A stretch of 64,000 nt of DNA, taken from contig NC_057711.1 of assembly GCF_004010195.1 (NCBI RefSeq), forward strand, positions 76,966,685 to 77,030,684, given 5' to 3'. Below, piece by piece: positions 1-10,867 of this stretch. The notes below the pieces were generated by a model that did no database searches, was not told the DNA's origin, and saw only the letters and a program-made list of their open reading frames with translations. Every line of letters begins with the position of its first letter. Positions within the stretch are counted from its first letter, which is position 1. The stretch comes from Chiloscyllium plagiosum. Taxonomy: Eukaryota. The translations under genes were made by a program, and so were the position numbers.

Positions 1-495
1 CAGCTGCAGTGCTATCAACAATGAAAATAAAATGCAAACCTCTGACTTTATTTCTACTGTGGACACTGGACTTACATCTCCAGCCCAATAACTCTCGTCG
101 TCCATGTTTTTGCTGGCACTCTGACCTTCTGCTCAATAATATCAGCTTCTATTTCCATATCTAACAGAGAAGGTGGTATAACAAAATGTTAAGCTCTTAC
201 AATATACAACAATCCCATTTTCTTATGAATAGCTTATACTTTTAATCATGTCTCTGATTATCTCTTCCTTGGTTTATTTTATGATACATGTACACAATCA
301 TGCTGAGACAAAGATCTGATTTTTTTTGTATATTTGATTTGATTTTCTCCCTTTATAACATAATATTGAAAATGTCTTCATACTTTGTTTGAATTCTTCT
401 TTGAGGACTCTAAGATGATTGAATTAGTTTTAGATCTAACATAGCCTTGACCTGATACATAACTGGAGCATTACTACTTCCTCTACTCCACTACT

Positions 496-859
496 GGGAC
501 TGGCACATGGTTAGTGGTTAGCACTGTTGCCCCACAGTGCCAAGGACACGGGGTTGGATTCCACCTCAGGCAACCGTCTGTGTGGAATTTGCACATTCTA
601 CTAGTGTCTGCATGGGTTTCTTCTGGGTCCTCCAGTTTTTTCCCCACAGTCCAAAGATTAGTGCAGGTTAGGGGGTTTGGCCATGCTAAATTGCCCATTG
701 TGTCCAAGGATGTCAAGGTAAATGCTGTAGGTTTACAGGGATAGGGTACGTGAGACGGTGCGGGCGGAGGGGGGATCTGGGTGGGATGCTCTTTGGAGGG
801 TTGGTGTGGCTTCGATGGGCTGAATGTCCTGCTTCCACTCTGTAGGGATTCTATGATTC
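496..859 (+). mobile_element. HE1/V-SINE-type tRNA-derived SINE
   Basis: A/B-box-like head (tggttagtggttagcactg...gggttggattcc), V-domain body (tgtgtggaatttgcacattc...gggtttcttctggg), tail gattctatgattc. Confidence 0.85.
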
Positions 860-1119
860 CTGCATGCTGTTTGGATATGCCCGATTTTCCCACAGGCATA
901 GCAGTTTGGCTTGAACTGGAAAGGTTGATTTCTAATATTACTCTATACCAACAGTGACAGGAAAGTTTCTTTAATTTTTGAATTTATTCTGTGATAATCT
1001 CACTTGCTCATTAGTATCAGCACACCCCTTAGTGCTCGGGTCTCACAAGCAATCCTGGTTACACGTTGCATAAACAGCATCAAGCATCATGATTTGAAAT
1101 CGTATACTCTATCCCACTG

Positions 1120-1730
1120 GATCAGCTATAAATTCTGTGGCTACAAGACCAGGTCAGAAGCTTGGCATTCCACGGTGAGTAAGTTACCTCTTGGTTCCTC
1201 AGATCTTGTCCACCATCTACAAGGCACATTCAGGAGTGTAATGGAATACTGTCCAATGGCCTGGATGAATGCAGCTTCAATAACATTCAAGAAGTTCAAA
1301 ACTATCCAGAACAAAGGTACCAATGCCATTGACACCCATCCACCATCTTATGCATGTGGTACTTCCACAATCACCAAACTGTGGAAGCATTGTATACCAG
1401 CTACAAGGTGACTAACCAAGACTACTCCAACAGCACCTTCCAAACCTGTAACCTACACAACCAGGAAGGACAAGGGCTGCATGAGCATGCGAGTATTGCT
1501 GCCACTTATAAGATTGGCTTCAAGTCACACACCATCCCAACTTGGAACTATATTACTTTTTCCTTTACTGTCACTGGGTCAAAATTCTGGAACTCCATTC
1601 CTAACAACAAAGTGGTTATTCTCAACTCTCATTGGCTACAAATTTCAAGAAGGTGGTCCATAACTACCTTCTCAAGGACATTTAAGGATAGTCAATAAAT
1701 ACTAGTGTAGTCATGGACGAACACATCCTG
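1120..1730 (+). mobile_element. Decayed non-LTR retrotransposon 3' fragment (CR1/L2 group, second family)
   Basis: RT C-terminal-like peptide (RSVMEYCPMAWMNAASITFKKFKTIQNK). Reverse-complement homologues at 21.3-22.5 kb and 35.1-36.2 kb. Confidence 0.65.
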
Positions 1731-2164
1731 TTGACAACTAATAAAGAAATGAATCCCCTGCAACGTAAGTGTTAAGTGATGTTAATCAGTAATGCTGATT
1801 ACATTGTACTGACCATTATGAGCGTGAATTTTAAATGTTGCCTGCATTATTTTGAATGTGCATGGGCTAATAACACCTCACAAATCCTGTGCCTGTTTTT
1901 GGGTTTACTAAAAGTTTAGACCATTGTATTTTATCAGTTTTAATTTGTTTCTCCTGTTGAATTTATATTGTACAAAATAAGTTGCAGCTAAACTGTATGC
2001 ATCTTGTCTTTTGATATTATCTCTGAAATAGGATAATAAAAACATTTGCAAAAAGATGCAATGTGCAATGTGCTATTTGCAAGTTTCACTGAACAAGATT
2101 GTTCTGCTTATGTTCCAGTTTCATCCTGGAATCCTGACCAACATCTGTGTTCTAATTTACGTTG

Positions 2165-4150
2165 AAGAATTTGTTAAATGTGTACAAGAAAATGTTCTGA
2201 TTCAGTATGTGGCTGTACCTACTAGAGAAGGTGCAAAACTTGACCTACTCTTGGGAAATAAGGCAGGGCAGGTGACTGAGGTGTCAGTGAGGGAGCACTT
2301 TGGGGCCAGTGACCATAATTCTATTAGATTTAAAATAGTGATGGAAAAGGATAGACCAGATCTAAATTGGAGAAAGGCCAATTTTGACGGTTTTAGGCAA
2401 GAACTTCCGAAAGCTGATTGGAGGCAGATGTTCACAGGTAAAGGGACGGCTGGAAAATGGGAAGCCTTCAGAAATTAGATAACAAGAATCCAGAGAAAGT
2501 ATATTCCTGTTCGTCTGAAAGGAAAGGCTGGTAGGTATAAGGAATGTAATATTAGATTAGATTACTTACAATGCTGGATGACTAAAGAAATTGAGGGTTT
2601 GGTTAAGAAAAAGAAGGAAGCATATGTATGGTATAGACAGGATAGATCAAGTGAATCCTTAGAAGAGTATAAAGGCAGTAGGAGTATACTTAAGAGGGAA
2701 ATCAGGAAGGCAAAAAGGGAACATGAGATAGCTTTGGCAAATAGAATTAAGGAGAATCCAAAGGGTTTTTATAAATACGTTAAAGACAAAAGGGTAACTA
2801 GGGAGGAAATAGGGCCCCTCAAAGATCAGCAAAGCGGCCTTTGTGTGATGCCACAGAAAATGGGGAGATACTAAACGAGTATTTTGCATCAGTATTTACT
2901 GTGGAAAAGGATATGACGATATAGACTGTAGGGAAATAGATGGTGATACCTTGCAAAATGTCCGAATTACAGAGGAGGAAGTGCTGGATGTCTTGAAACA
3001 CAAAAGTGGATAAATCCTCAGGACCTGATCAGGTGTATCTTAGAACTTTGTGGGAAGCTAGAGAAGTGATTGCTGGGCCTCTTGCTGAGATATTTGTATC
3101 ATCGATAGTCACAGGTGCCTGAAGATTGGAGGTTGGCAAATGTGGTGCCACTGTTTAAGAAGGGTGGTAATAACAAGCCAGGGAACTACAGACCAGTGAG
3201 CCTGACCATGGTGGTGGGCAAGTTGTTGGAGGGAATCCTGAGGTACAGGATGTACATGTATTTGGAAAGGCAAGGACTAATTAAGGATAGGAGAAAGTGA
3301 GGACTGCAGATGCTGGAGATCAGAGCTGAAAAATGTGTTGCTGGAAAAGCGCAAGGGAGGAAGAGAGCTTCTTCAAGGAAGGCATCCTTGCAAGAGGATT
3401 CGCAGTAGGTTAAAATCAACTAGGAGAAAGTGAGGACTGCTGATTAGGGATAATCAATGTGGCTTTGTGCGTGGGAAATCATGTCTCACAAACTTGATTG
3501 AGTTTTTGAGGAAGTAACAAAGAGGATTGATGAGGGCAGAATGGTAGATGTGATCTATATGGATTTCAGTAAGGCGTTCGACAAGGTTCTCCATGGGAGA
3601 TTGATTAACAAGGTTAGATCTCATGGAATACAGGGAGAACTAGCCATTTGGATATAGAACTGGCTCAAAGGTAGAAGACAGAGGGTGGTGGTGGAGGGTA
3701 GTTTTTTAGACTGGAGGCCTGTGACCAGTGGAGTGCCACAAGGTTCGGTGCTGGGTCCTCTACCTTTTGTCATTTACATAAATGATTTGGATGCGAGGGG
3801 CATGGATAGGGTAAATAGACAAAGTCTTTTCCCTGAGGTTGGGGAGTCCAGAACTAGAGGGCATAGGTTTAGGGTGAGAGAGGAAAGATATAAAAGAGAC
3901 CTAAGGGGCAACGTTTTCATACAGAGGGTAGTACATGTATGGAATGAGCTGCCAGAGGAAGTGGTGGAGGCTGGTACAATTGCAACATTTAAGAGGTATT
4001 TGGATGGGTATATGAATAGGAAGGGTATGGAGGGATATGGGCTGGGTGCTGGCAGGTGGGAGTAGATTGAGTTGGGATATCTGGTCGGTATGCATGGGTT
4101 GGACTGAAGGGTCTGTTTCCATGCTGTACATCTCTATAACTCTATGACTC
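2165..4150 (+). mobile_element. CR1 (HER1-type) LINE, ORF2 pseudogene with internal deletion and nested inserts
   Basis: [61 protein letters not shown]. Jumps from YINDLD directly to RGMDRVN at about 3793. Tail tctataactctatgactc. Confidence 0.95.
3291..3438 (-). mobile_element. Penelope-like terminal-repeat fragment nested in CR1
   Basis: gagaaagtgaggactgc occurs twice (tandem pLTR-like ends). Same family as 50196-50322 and 56655-56785. Flanked by an imperfect duplication of CR1 sequence (ctaattaaggata / ctgattagggata). Confidence 0.65.
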
Positions 4151-4859
4151 TTCTTCTATTTACTTACCTTCAGCCAAATATGTATCCCTTGTTTGCAATT
4201 ACATCAGTACTCGTTTTTCCCCAAGAGTTGAATTCTCTTATTGTCTTCAAATGCACCTTTGGTACAATTTTTAAAAAGAAAATGCACATAGTGCTGATTC
4301 ACTAAGCTGTACCTGATAGACTGGAACTCTCTTTCAAACTCCACAAAATCAAATTTAAGAATTCAATATACGTGTAACAATGTTCTTCAGTCTTAGTTTT
4401 CTCACTTGAAATGTAAAAAGAAATTCATTCCAGCCTCATTGCTATTCTTCTATTGTGCATTGTACGGAGAAAAGATTCAACATTTGGACTCACAGTAAGT
4501 AGCTATCGCTGAGCTAACTTCCCACCCTCTTCAACAGTGAAGGCAGCAGAGAAGGCAGAATAACAAAATGCTCAGCTCTTGTGATGCTCAGCTATTACAA
4601 TTCTCTTTGTAAATGGACAGCTCTATAATGTAAAAATAGTGATTATCTCTTTCCTAACTTCTTTTAATATGCCTGCGTGAAATCTATCTGATCCAAAGAT
4701 GATAATTCATCGTAAATTTGATTGGTTTGCCAGTGATATCTCCCTTTCCATTTATAATGTCTTCGCATCTTTCTTGATTACTTCTTGCCAACCTGCAGAG
4801 GGATTTTCTGAATTTCCATCTCACCCCCGTGACCATTGACACCTCTTCTCGTTCAGCTG

Positions 4860-5210
4860 AGTCTTTAGAGGGCTTCAGAGGTCATCAGTGAAAATCCTGA
4901 CATCTGCCCTTACAATGGACTAAAGGTTATTGACGAAACAACTGAAGATGGTTGGGCCTAGGACACTGCCCTGAAGAACTAGGGCTCTTGTGGCTTAGTG
5001 ATGGTGTGCCTACCTCTGAATGAGGAGGCTGGATGTCTAATTACCTCTCTTAACAGGTTGTTTAGAAAACATCTACCCTGAGGACCTCCTACAGAGATGT
5101 CCTGGAACTGTGACAAAACACAAGTTGACCACCAACAACACCAACCCTCTTCTTATGTGCTAACTATGACCCCAACCAGTAGAGAGTTTTACCTCTGAAT
5201 CCTGTTATCT
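4860..5210 (-). mobile_element. Decayed CR1/L2-group LINE fragment (second family)
   Basis: Similar to 22130-22360 (ctgaagatggttgggcctaggacactgccctga...). Confidence 0.5.
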
Positions 5211-5249
5211 CTAGGGAGGAGAAGAAAAGGATTTAGTATTGCCTACAAA

Positions 5250-5940
5250 GATAAAGTGATAAGCAGAGAATAGTGGTGATGCGTGTTTTACAGACTAGAG
5301 GGAAGTACGAGTTTCTTTTAGACATTCTTTCTCATATATATTGATCGCCTGGACTAGTGCGGTGTTAGGAGGGGTGGTGAAGAGTAGAATAGCAAGTTTG
5401 CAGTTGATACGAAATGGGAAATAGTGAAAACAATGAAAATGATATTAGAAAACATTGGGAGAGTAGACGTAGATTTGTGAAATGTACAAACATATTGAAA
5501 ATTAAATATATATGGAGGTAAATATAGATGTGACTTTTTGAAGACTGAGAAGATTTAATGTAATTAAAATGGGGATGCTGGAAGACAGATCTGGGTGTTG
5601 ACAATGCAAATCTTTAAATATGGCTGGACAAATTGATAAAGATTGTTAAAACATATGAGGCATCTGGCTTTGTTAATGGAGTCAGATTGTACAAAACCAA
5701 GAAAATTATGTTATATTTATATAAGTAACTGGCAAAATTTCATGTAATGTACTGCATCTGATTCTGGGCACCACCCTTTGGGAAAACTGCCAAGGCCTTG
5801 CAGAAGGTTTACAGGAGATTTACTGGAGTTATACCAGCACTGAGAAACTTCAGTTATTAGGAAGGGCAGGGAGTGCTAGAGAAACTGGAACTGATTTCCT
5901 TGGAGCAGGAAAGATTAAGAGATATTCAAAATTGTAATGG
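5250..5940 (+). mobile_element. Old CR1 LINE RT fragment
   Basis: Degenerate CR1 landmarks: caagtttgcagttgatacgaaa (KFADDTK-like), tactgcatctgattctgggcacc, aggagatttactggagttatacc. Confidence 0.6.
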
Positions 5941-6764
5941 GTTATCATAACTTCTTCAGAGATTCATGTAGCATTGAAGGTAGCCAGTTTATCCATTGCA
6001 TCCCAATGCCAAGTTGAGCTCCCTGCATAATGCCATGCTTTGTCCATGGCCCTGCAAATTTCTCTTTTTCAATTCCCTTTGGAAAGATAGCGCTTCCACC
6101 ATCTTTTCTGGTATCGAGAGTGGGATTTTCTGTTTTTGAGACTACGTGTGGGCTATTTATAAAGAAACATCTCTAAAATCATGGTGACAGATATTTGAAA
6201 ACCAAATGTAAGTTCAAAAGGACAACAGCTTTGGACATCAAAGAATTTAGACATTTAGCATTACCAGTTTCTGGTAATACAGAAGACAGACTAATTCCTT
6301 TCACAAACTATCTTCTAGCTAGAAAAACTTGTTTTCTTTTTAAATTAGTGCAAGTGCAAACACAAGAAAGTTGAAAATTTATCGACCTATGCTAAGGTAC
6401 AGAATACTTTATTTCTCTGTCTCTTGTCTTTAAGTGAACTGATAACTGTTAACATTTTTAAAAACAAAAATGGCAGTCTTAAATAAACTATAGCTAATAC
6501 ACACTTAAAAGTAGATTTCTACACAAATGTGGCTTACCAATGGCAAAGATTAGCTGGTTTTGCAATTTTCCCTGTTCAATTCAGTGCCAGAGTAGAGGAA
6601 TCACTCGAGAAACCATCATTCCTTATTTGGTACAAATGCCACCTAATGGTTCATACTTGCAACTACACGCCTGGGGATCTTTGAAGGACACGGCTGCAGT
6701 TCTACAGAACAATTTCCTCACAAAGGAATAAGACCAAGAAAGGGAGAGGAGCAAAGAAAAATAA

Positions 6765-6780
6765 AGAGAGAGAGAGAGAG
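6765..6780. repeat. (AG)n microsatellite
   Basis: Directly visible. Confidence 0.85.
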
Positions 6781-7118
6781 GGACAGAACAGGGAAAAGGT
6801 AGATTGAACAGAGATGGTTGTAGAGGCTGGCACCCATGAACAGCCCAAGAGAACCTGTCATCAGTGCTGCAAAAGAATGAATGATCCACTGCTCTCCACT
6901 CGTGTACATACTGCTGTCAACTCAATGCTTTGTGCACCCAGGAATGTGAGCTAGAATTTTAATAGTGCCACTACAGAGAACTGATACACAGTAAACTGGT
7001 TGCCAAATATGATGCCTCATGTGAAATCAATGTCCATCACATCTACTGACGTAGTACTACTGACACCAAAGTGATACTGCCTCTCACACTTCTATCAGGA
7101 AAGTTACTATGACACTGT

Positions 7119-7442
7119 GGGCGTCACGGTGGCACAGTGGTTAGCACTGCTGCCTCACAGCGCCAGAGACCTGGGTTCAATTCCCGACTCAGGCGACTGA
7201 CTGTGTGGAGTTTGCACATTCTCCCTGTGTCTGCGTGGGTTTCCTCCAGGTGCTCCGGTTTCCTCCCACAGTCCAAAAGTGTGCAGGTTAGGTGAATTGG
7301 CCACGCTAAATTGCCCGTAGTGTTAGGTGCAGGGGTAAATGTAGGGGAATGGGTCTGGGTGGGAGCGCTTCGGCGGGTCGGTGTGGACTTGTTGGGCCGA
7401 AGGGCCTGTTTCCACACTGTAAGTAATCTAATCTAATCTAAT
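7119..7442 (+). mobile_element. HE1/V-SINE, full length
   Basis: ggtggcacagtggttagcactgctgcctcacag...gggttcaattccc head; 3' (taatc)n tail. Confidence 0.92.
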
Positions 7443-7870
7443 ACTTAGTAGCTCCCGAACCATCAGAACGTTTCATTACATCAGAATGTACACACCTGAT
7501 AGCTTTTCCCCTAAAGGCCTACATGGGGACAATGAGAGGTTCACAAAAGATAGCCTTTTGAGTTAAGCCTCCTTTTGAGTTCAATTGCACTGGCATGCTC
7601 CTGTTAGCTTTGCTGATATCAGCCAGTGTGGCTGCCTCACTTGGGTTGGCTTGATAGCCTGGTTAGGCTTCACCCCTAACATTAAACTTTCAACAACTAA
7701 GCAGACTGCATATGACCGAGTCTTTGTGAGCTAATCAACATGGAGACACTTCCCTCTAACAATGTAAACATTCACACAAAAATGCCTTGGTTAGGAAAGA
7801 GATAAATAATTGTTATAGTTTATATACACCAGAGATTGAAAGACAGTCTATTGCATTAAACACATGCCTC

Positions 7871-7891
7871 ATATATATATATATATATATA
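7871..7891. repeat. (AT)n microsatellite
   Basis: Directly visible. Confidence 0.9.
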
Positions 7892-8264
7892 AAAAATCAG
7901 GTTTGTTAACACACAGCTCCCATTTTTGTCAAACAAAATTGCACTCCTGAAAGTGATTCCAGTATTCTGGGGTTTAATGAGTACTAATGACATGCTAATG
8001 AATGCAAACAAGTTCCAAACAATGGAGATTAGGAAAGCCAAACTGTCTGCAAGGTTCTGAGAACTTAATATCAAAACATGAACCTGCCATCGGGAAAACA
8101 AGGGCAGAATATTTCCAGACATGGGCAATGGCAATTCAGTCAGAAAAATGAATTTTTTGACATGAAGATTTGATCAGAGAAAACAAAATCATACGAGTGA
8201 GCAGCAAGAGGTCTATTAACATGCACTGACATCTCATTATTATCTATTCTCATTTTTTTTAATA

Positions 8265-8455
8265 CACATCGTTCTGCTATAACGAGTGTTTCACAAGCAT
8301 GAATGTGATTGACAAATTGGGGACAGTTTCTACAGCATAAACTTTTAAAATGCAATTACATCGCCAACACTTTAAGCCATGTTTCTAATGCACAATTTTT
8401 ATATAATGCATGGTTGCACAATAACACAACCATCTCGTTATAGAAGAACTACTTG
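8265..8455. mobile_element. Tigger/TcMar-type MITE remnant
   Basis: Imperfect terminal inverted repeats cacatcgttctgctataacg / cgttatagaagaactacttg, preceded by TA. Confidence 0.55.
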
Positions 8456-9424
8456 TGGGCAATCTCTTGTTCTCCCATGGGGAAACTAGACAGTGATAGT
8501 CTGAGCAGGTGCTTGCTGGTTCCAGGTCGCTGCTCGCTCCTTGGGGTCTCTATCTTGGCAAGCATTCCCTGGTGTCGCAGGGCACGCTCATGGGCAGCAA
8601 TCACCCAAGAATGTTGGCATCCAACACTACCAGCGTCAACACATCAACATAGTATTTCTTCGACTCATTTAAAATATAGTTCACCACCACTTAAATACTG
8701 CACTTTGGAGTGCACCATTGCAATGTTGCTGCTGGGCTACTTTGCATGCAATGACAGGCACCATCAGAGCAGGGTGCACCTCACATCTTTCAGCTTGCTT
8801 TCTTAGCATTCACACATGCCCACCCCCATTCCCCCATCCTTTGCACCTACTTGGATGCCCATGGTATCTCTGCTTGTTTTCCCCTATTTTGCACATTACC
8901 TCATTCAAAATTTACAAGTTCACAGTATTTCTGCCTTGTTTTCCCTCTTAGTGCTGATACAGAGCCAGGCAGCTGTTGAGTTTGCCAGCAATGGTCAGTC
9001 AAGGAGGGGGAAATGCTGCCATACTGTACCATGCTACATCAATGTCACACCTGCAGGACCCTCCAGCTTTTTATAACAAACACACCAAATGCACTTTAAC
9101 CAAATGGTCCCCTTTCAAAGGCTAAGTGGAGTATTCACAATCAATACGGGCCAATGACAGTCAGTGGGTACTGGCACAACATGACAAGGGCATTTTCCAA
9201 TCTCAGTTCCAAGGGCTTGAGCATGATCATTCAGGCAGTGGGTGCAGTCAGTCCTGCATGTTCAATGTCACCAATCCTAGAAGGAATGGCAAGTCAGTCA
9301 AGGAAGAGTCTGGTCACTCAGAAGTCAGAGTTGTCTTTCCAAGATGATTAAGTGGGTGCACTAAGGCCCATGTTGAGCTCTGTTCATTGAAAACCAAGAG
9401 GATTATCAAGAGTCAGTGTTGTGG

Positions 9425-10867
9425 TAGAAATGTTGAGGACTGGAGAGAGGCAAATATAATTCCTCTCTTCAAGAAAGGAAATAAAGAAATCCCGGGCAAT
9501 TACAGACCAGTCAGTCTCACGTCTGTCGTCTGCAAGGTGTTAGAAAGGATTCTGAGGGATAGGATTTCTGACCATCTTGATTAAATGCAGTCAGCACAGT
9601 TTTGTGAGGGGCAGGCCATGCCTCACAAATCTTATTGAGTACTTTGAGGATGTTACTAGACAAGTTGATGAGGGTCGAGCGGTGGATGTGGTGCATATGA
9701 ACTTCAGCAAGGCATTTGATAAGGTTCCCCATGATAGGCTCGTTCAGAAGGTCAGGAGGAATGGGATACAGCGAAATTTAGCTGTCTGGATACAGATTTG
9801 GCTGGTCAACAGAAGACAGCAAGTGGTAGTGGAAGGAAAGTATTCTGCCTGGAAGTCAGTGGTGAGTGGTGTTCCACAGGGGTCTGTTCTTGGGCCTCTA
9901 CTCTTTGTAATTTTTATTAATGGCTTGGATAAAGTATAATTGTATGAATAGATTACCTCCATATTTTAAAATTGAGGGATGGGTTAGCAAGTTTGAGCTG
10001 TCATTGACAGTATAGAGGACTGTTGTAGGCTGCAACATGACATTGACAGGATGCAGAGATGGGCCGAGAGGTGGCAGATGGAGTTCAACCTGGATAAATG
10101 CGAAGTGATGCATTTTGGAAGGTTGAACTTGAAAGTTGAGTATAGGATTAAAGACAGGATTCTTGGCAGTGTGGAGGAACAGTGGGATCTTGGTGTGCAG
10201 GTACATAGATCCCTTAAAGTTGCCACCCAAGTGGACAGGGTTGTTAAGAAAGCATATGGTGTTTTGGCTTTCATTAACAGGGGGACTGAGTTTAAGAGCC
10301 GTGAGATCTTGTTGCAGCTCTATAAAACTTTGGTTAGACCGCACTTGGAATACTGTGTCCAGTTCTGGCCGCTCTGTTATAGGAAAGATGTGGATGTTTT
10401 GGAGAGGGTTCAGAGGAGGTTTACCAGGTTGCTGCCTGGAATGGAGGGCTTATCTTACAAAGAGAGGTTGACTGAGCTCGGATATTTTTCATTGGAAAAA
10501 AGGAAGAGAGGGGACCTAATTGAGGTGTACAAGATAATGAGAGGCATAGATAGAGTTGATAGCCAGAGACTTTTTCCCAGGGCAGAAATTGTTAACACGA
10601 GGGGTCATAGTTTTAAGCTGTTTGGCGGAAAGTATAGAGGGGATGTCAGAGGCGGGTTCTTTATGCAGAGAGTTGAGAGAGCATGGAATGTGTTGCCAGT
10701 AGTAGTTGTGGAAGCGAGGTCATTGGGGATATTTAAGAGACTGCTGGACATGCATATGGTCACAGAAATTTGAGGGCTCGTACATTAGGTTTACCTTACA
10801 TAAGGATCAATGGTCAGCACAACATCGTGGGCTGAAAGGCCTGTTCTGTGCTGTACTGTTCTATGTT
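9425..10867 (+). mobile_element. CR1 LINE, 5'-truncated ORF2 (RT and 3' end)
   Basis: [79 protein letters not shown]; tail ctgtactgttctatgttc. Confidence 0.95.

Noticed and set aside
7119..7190. tRNA gene
   Set aside because: tRNA-derived SINE head continuing into V-domain and tail; same for the other HE1 copies.
10051..10773. 240-aa intact RT-related ORF as a domesticated gene
   Set aside because: C-terminal part of a CR1 ORF2 whose catalytic ADD motif is deleted just upstream.
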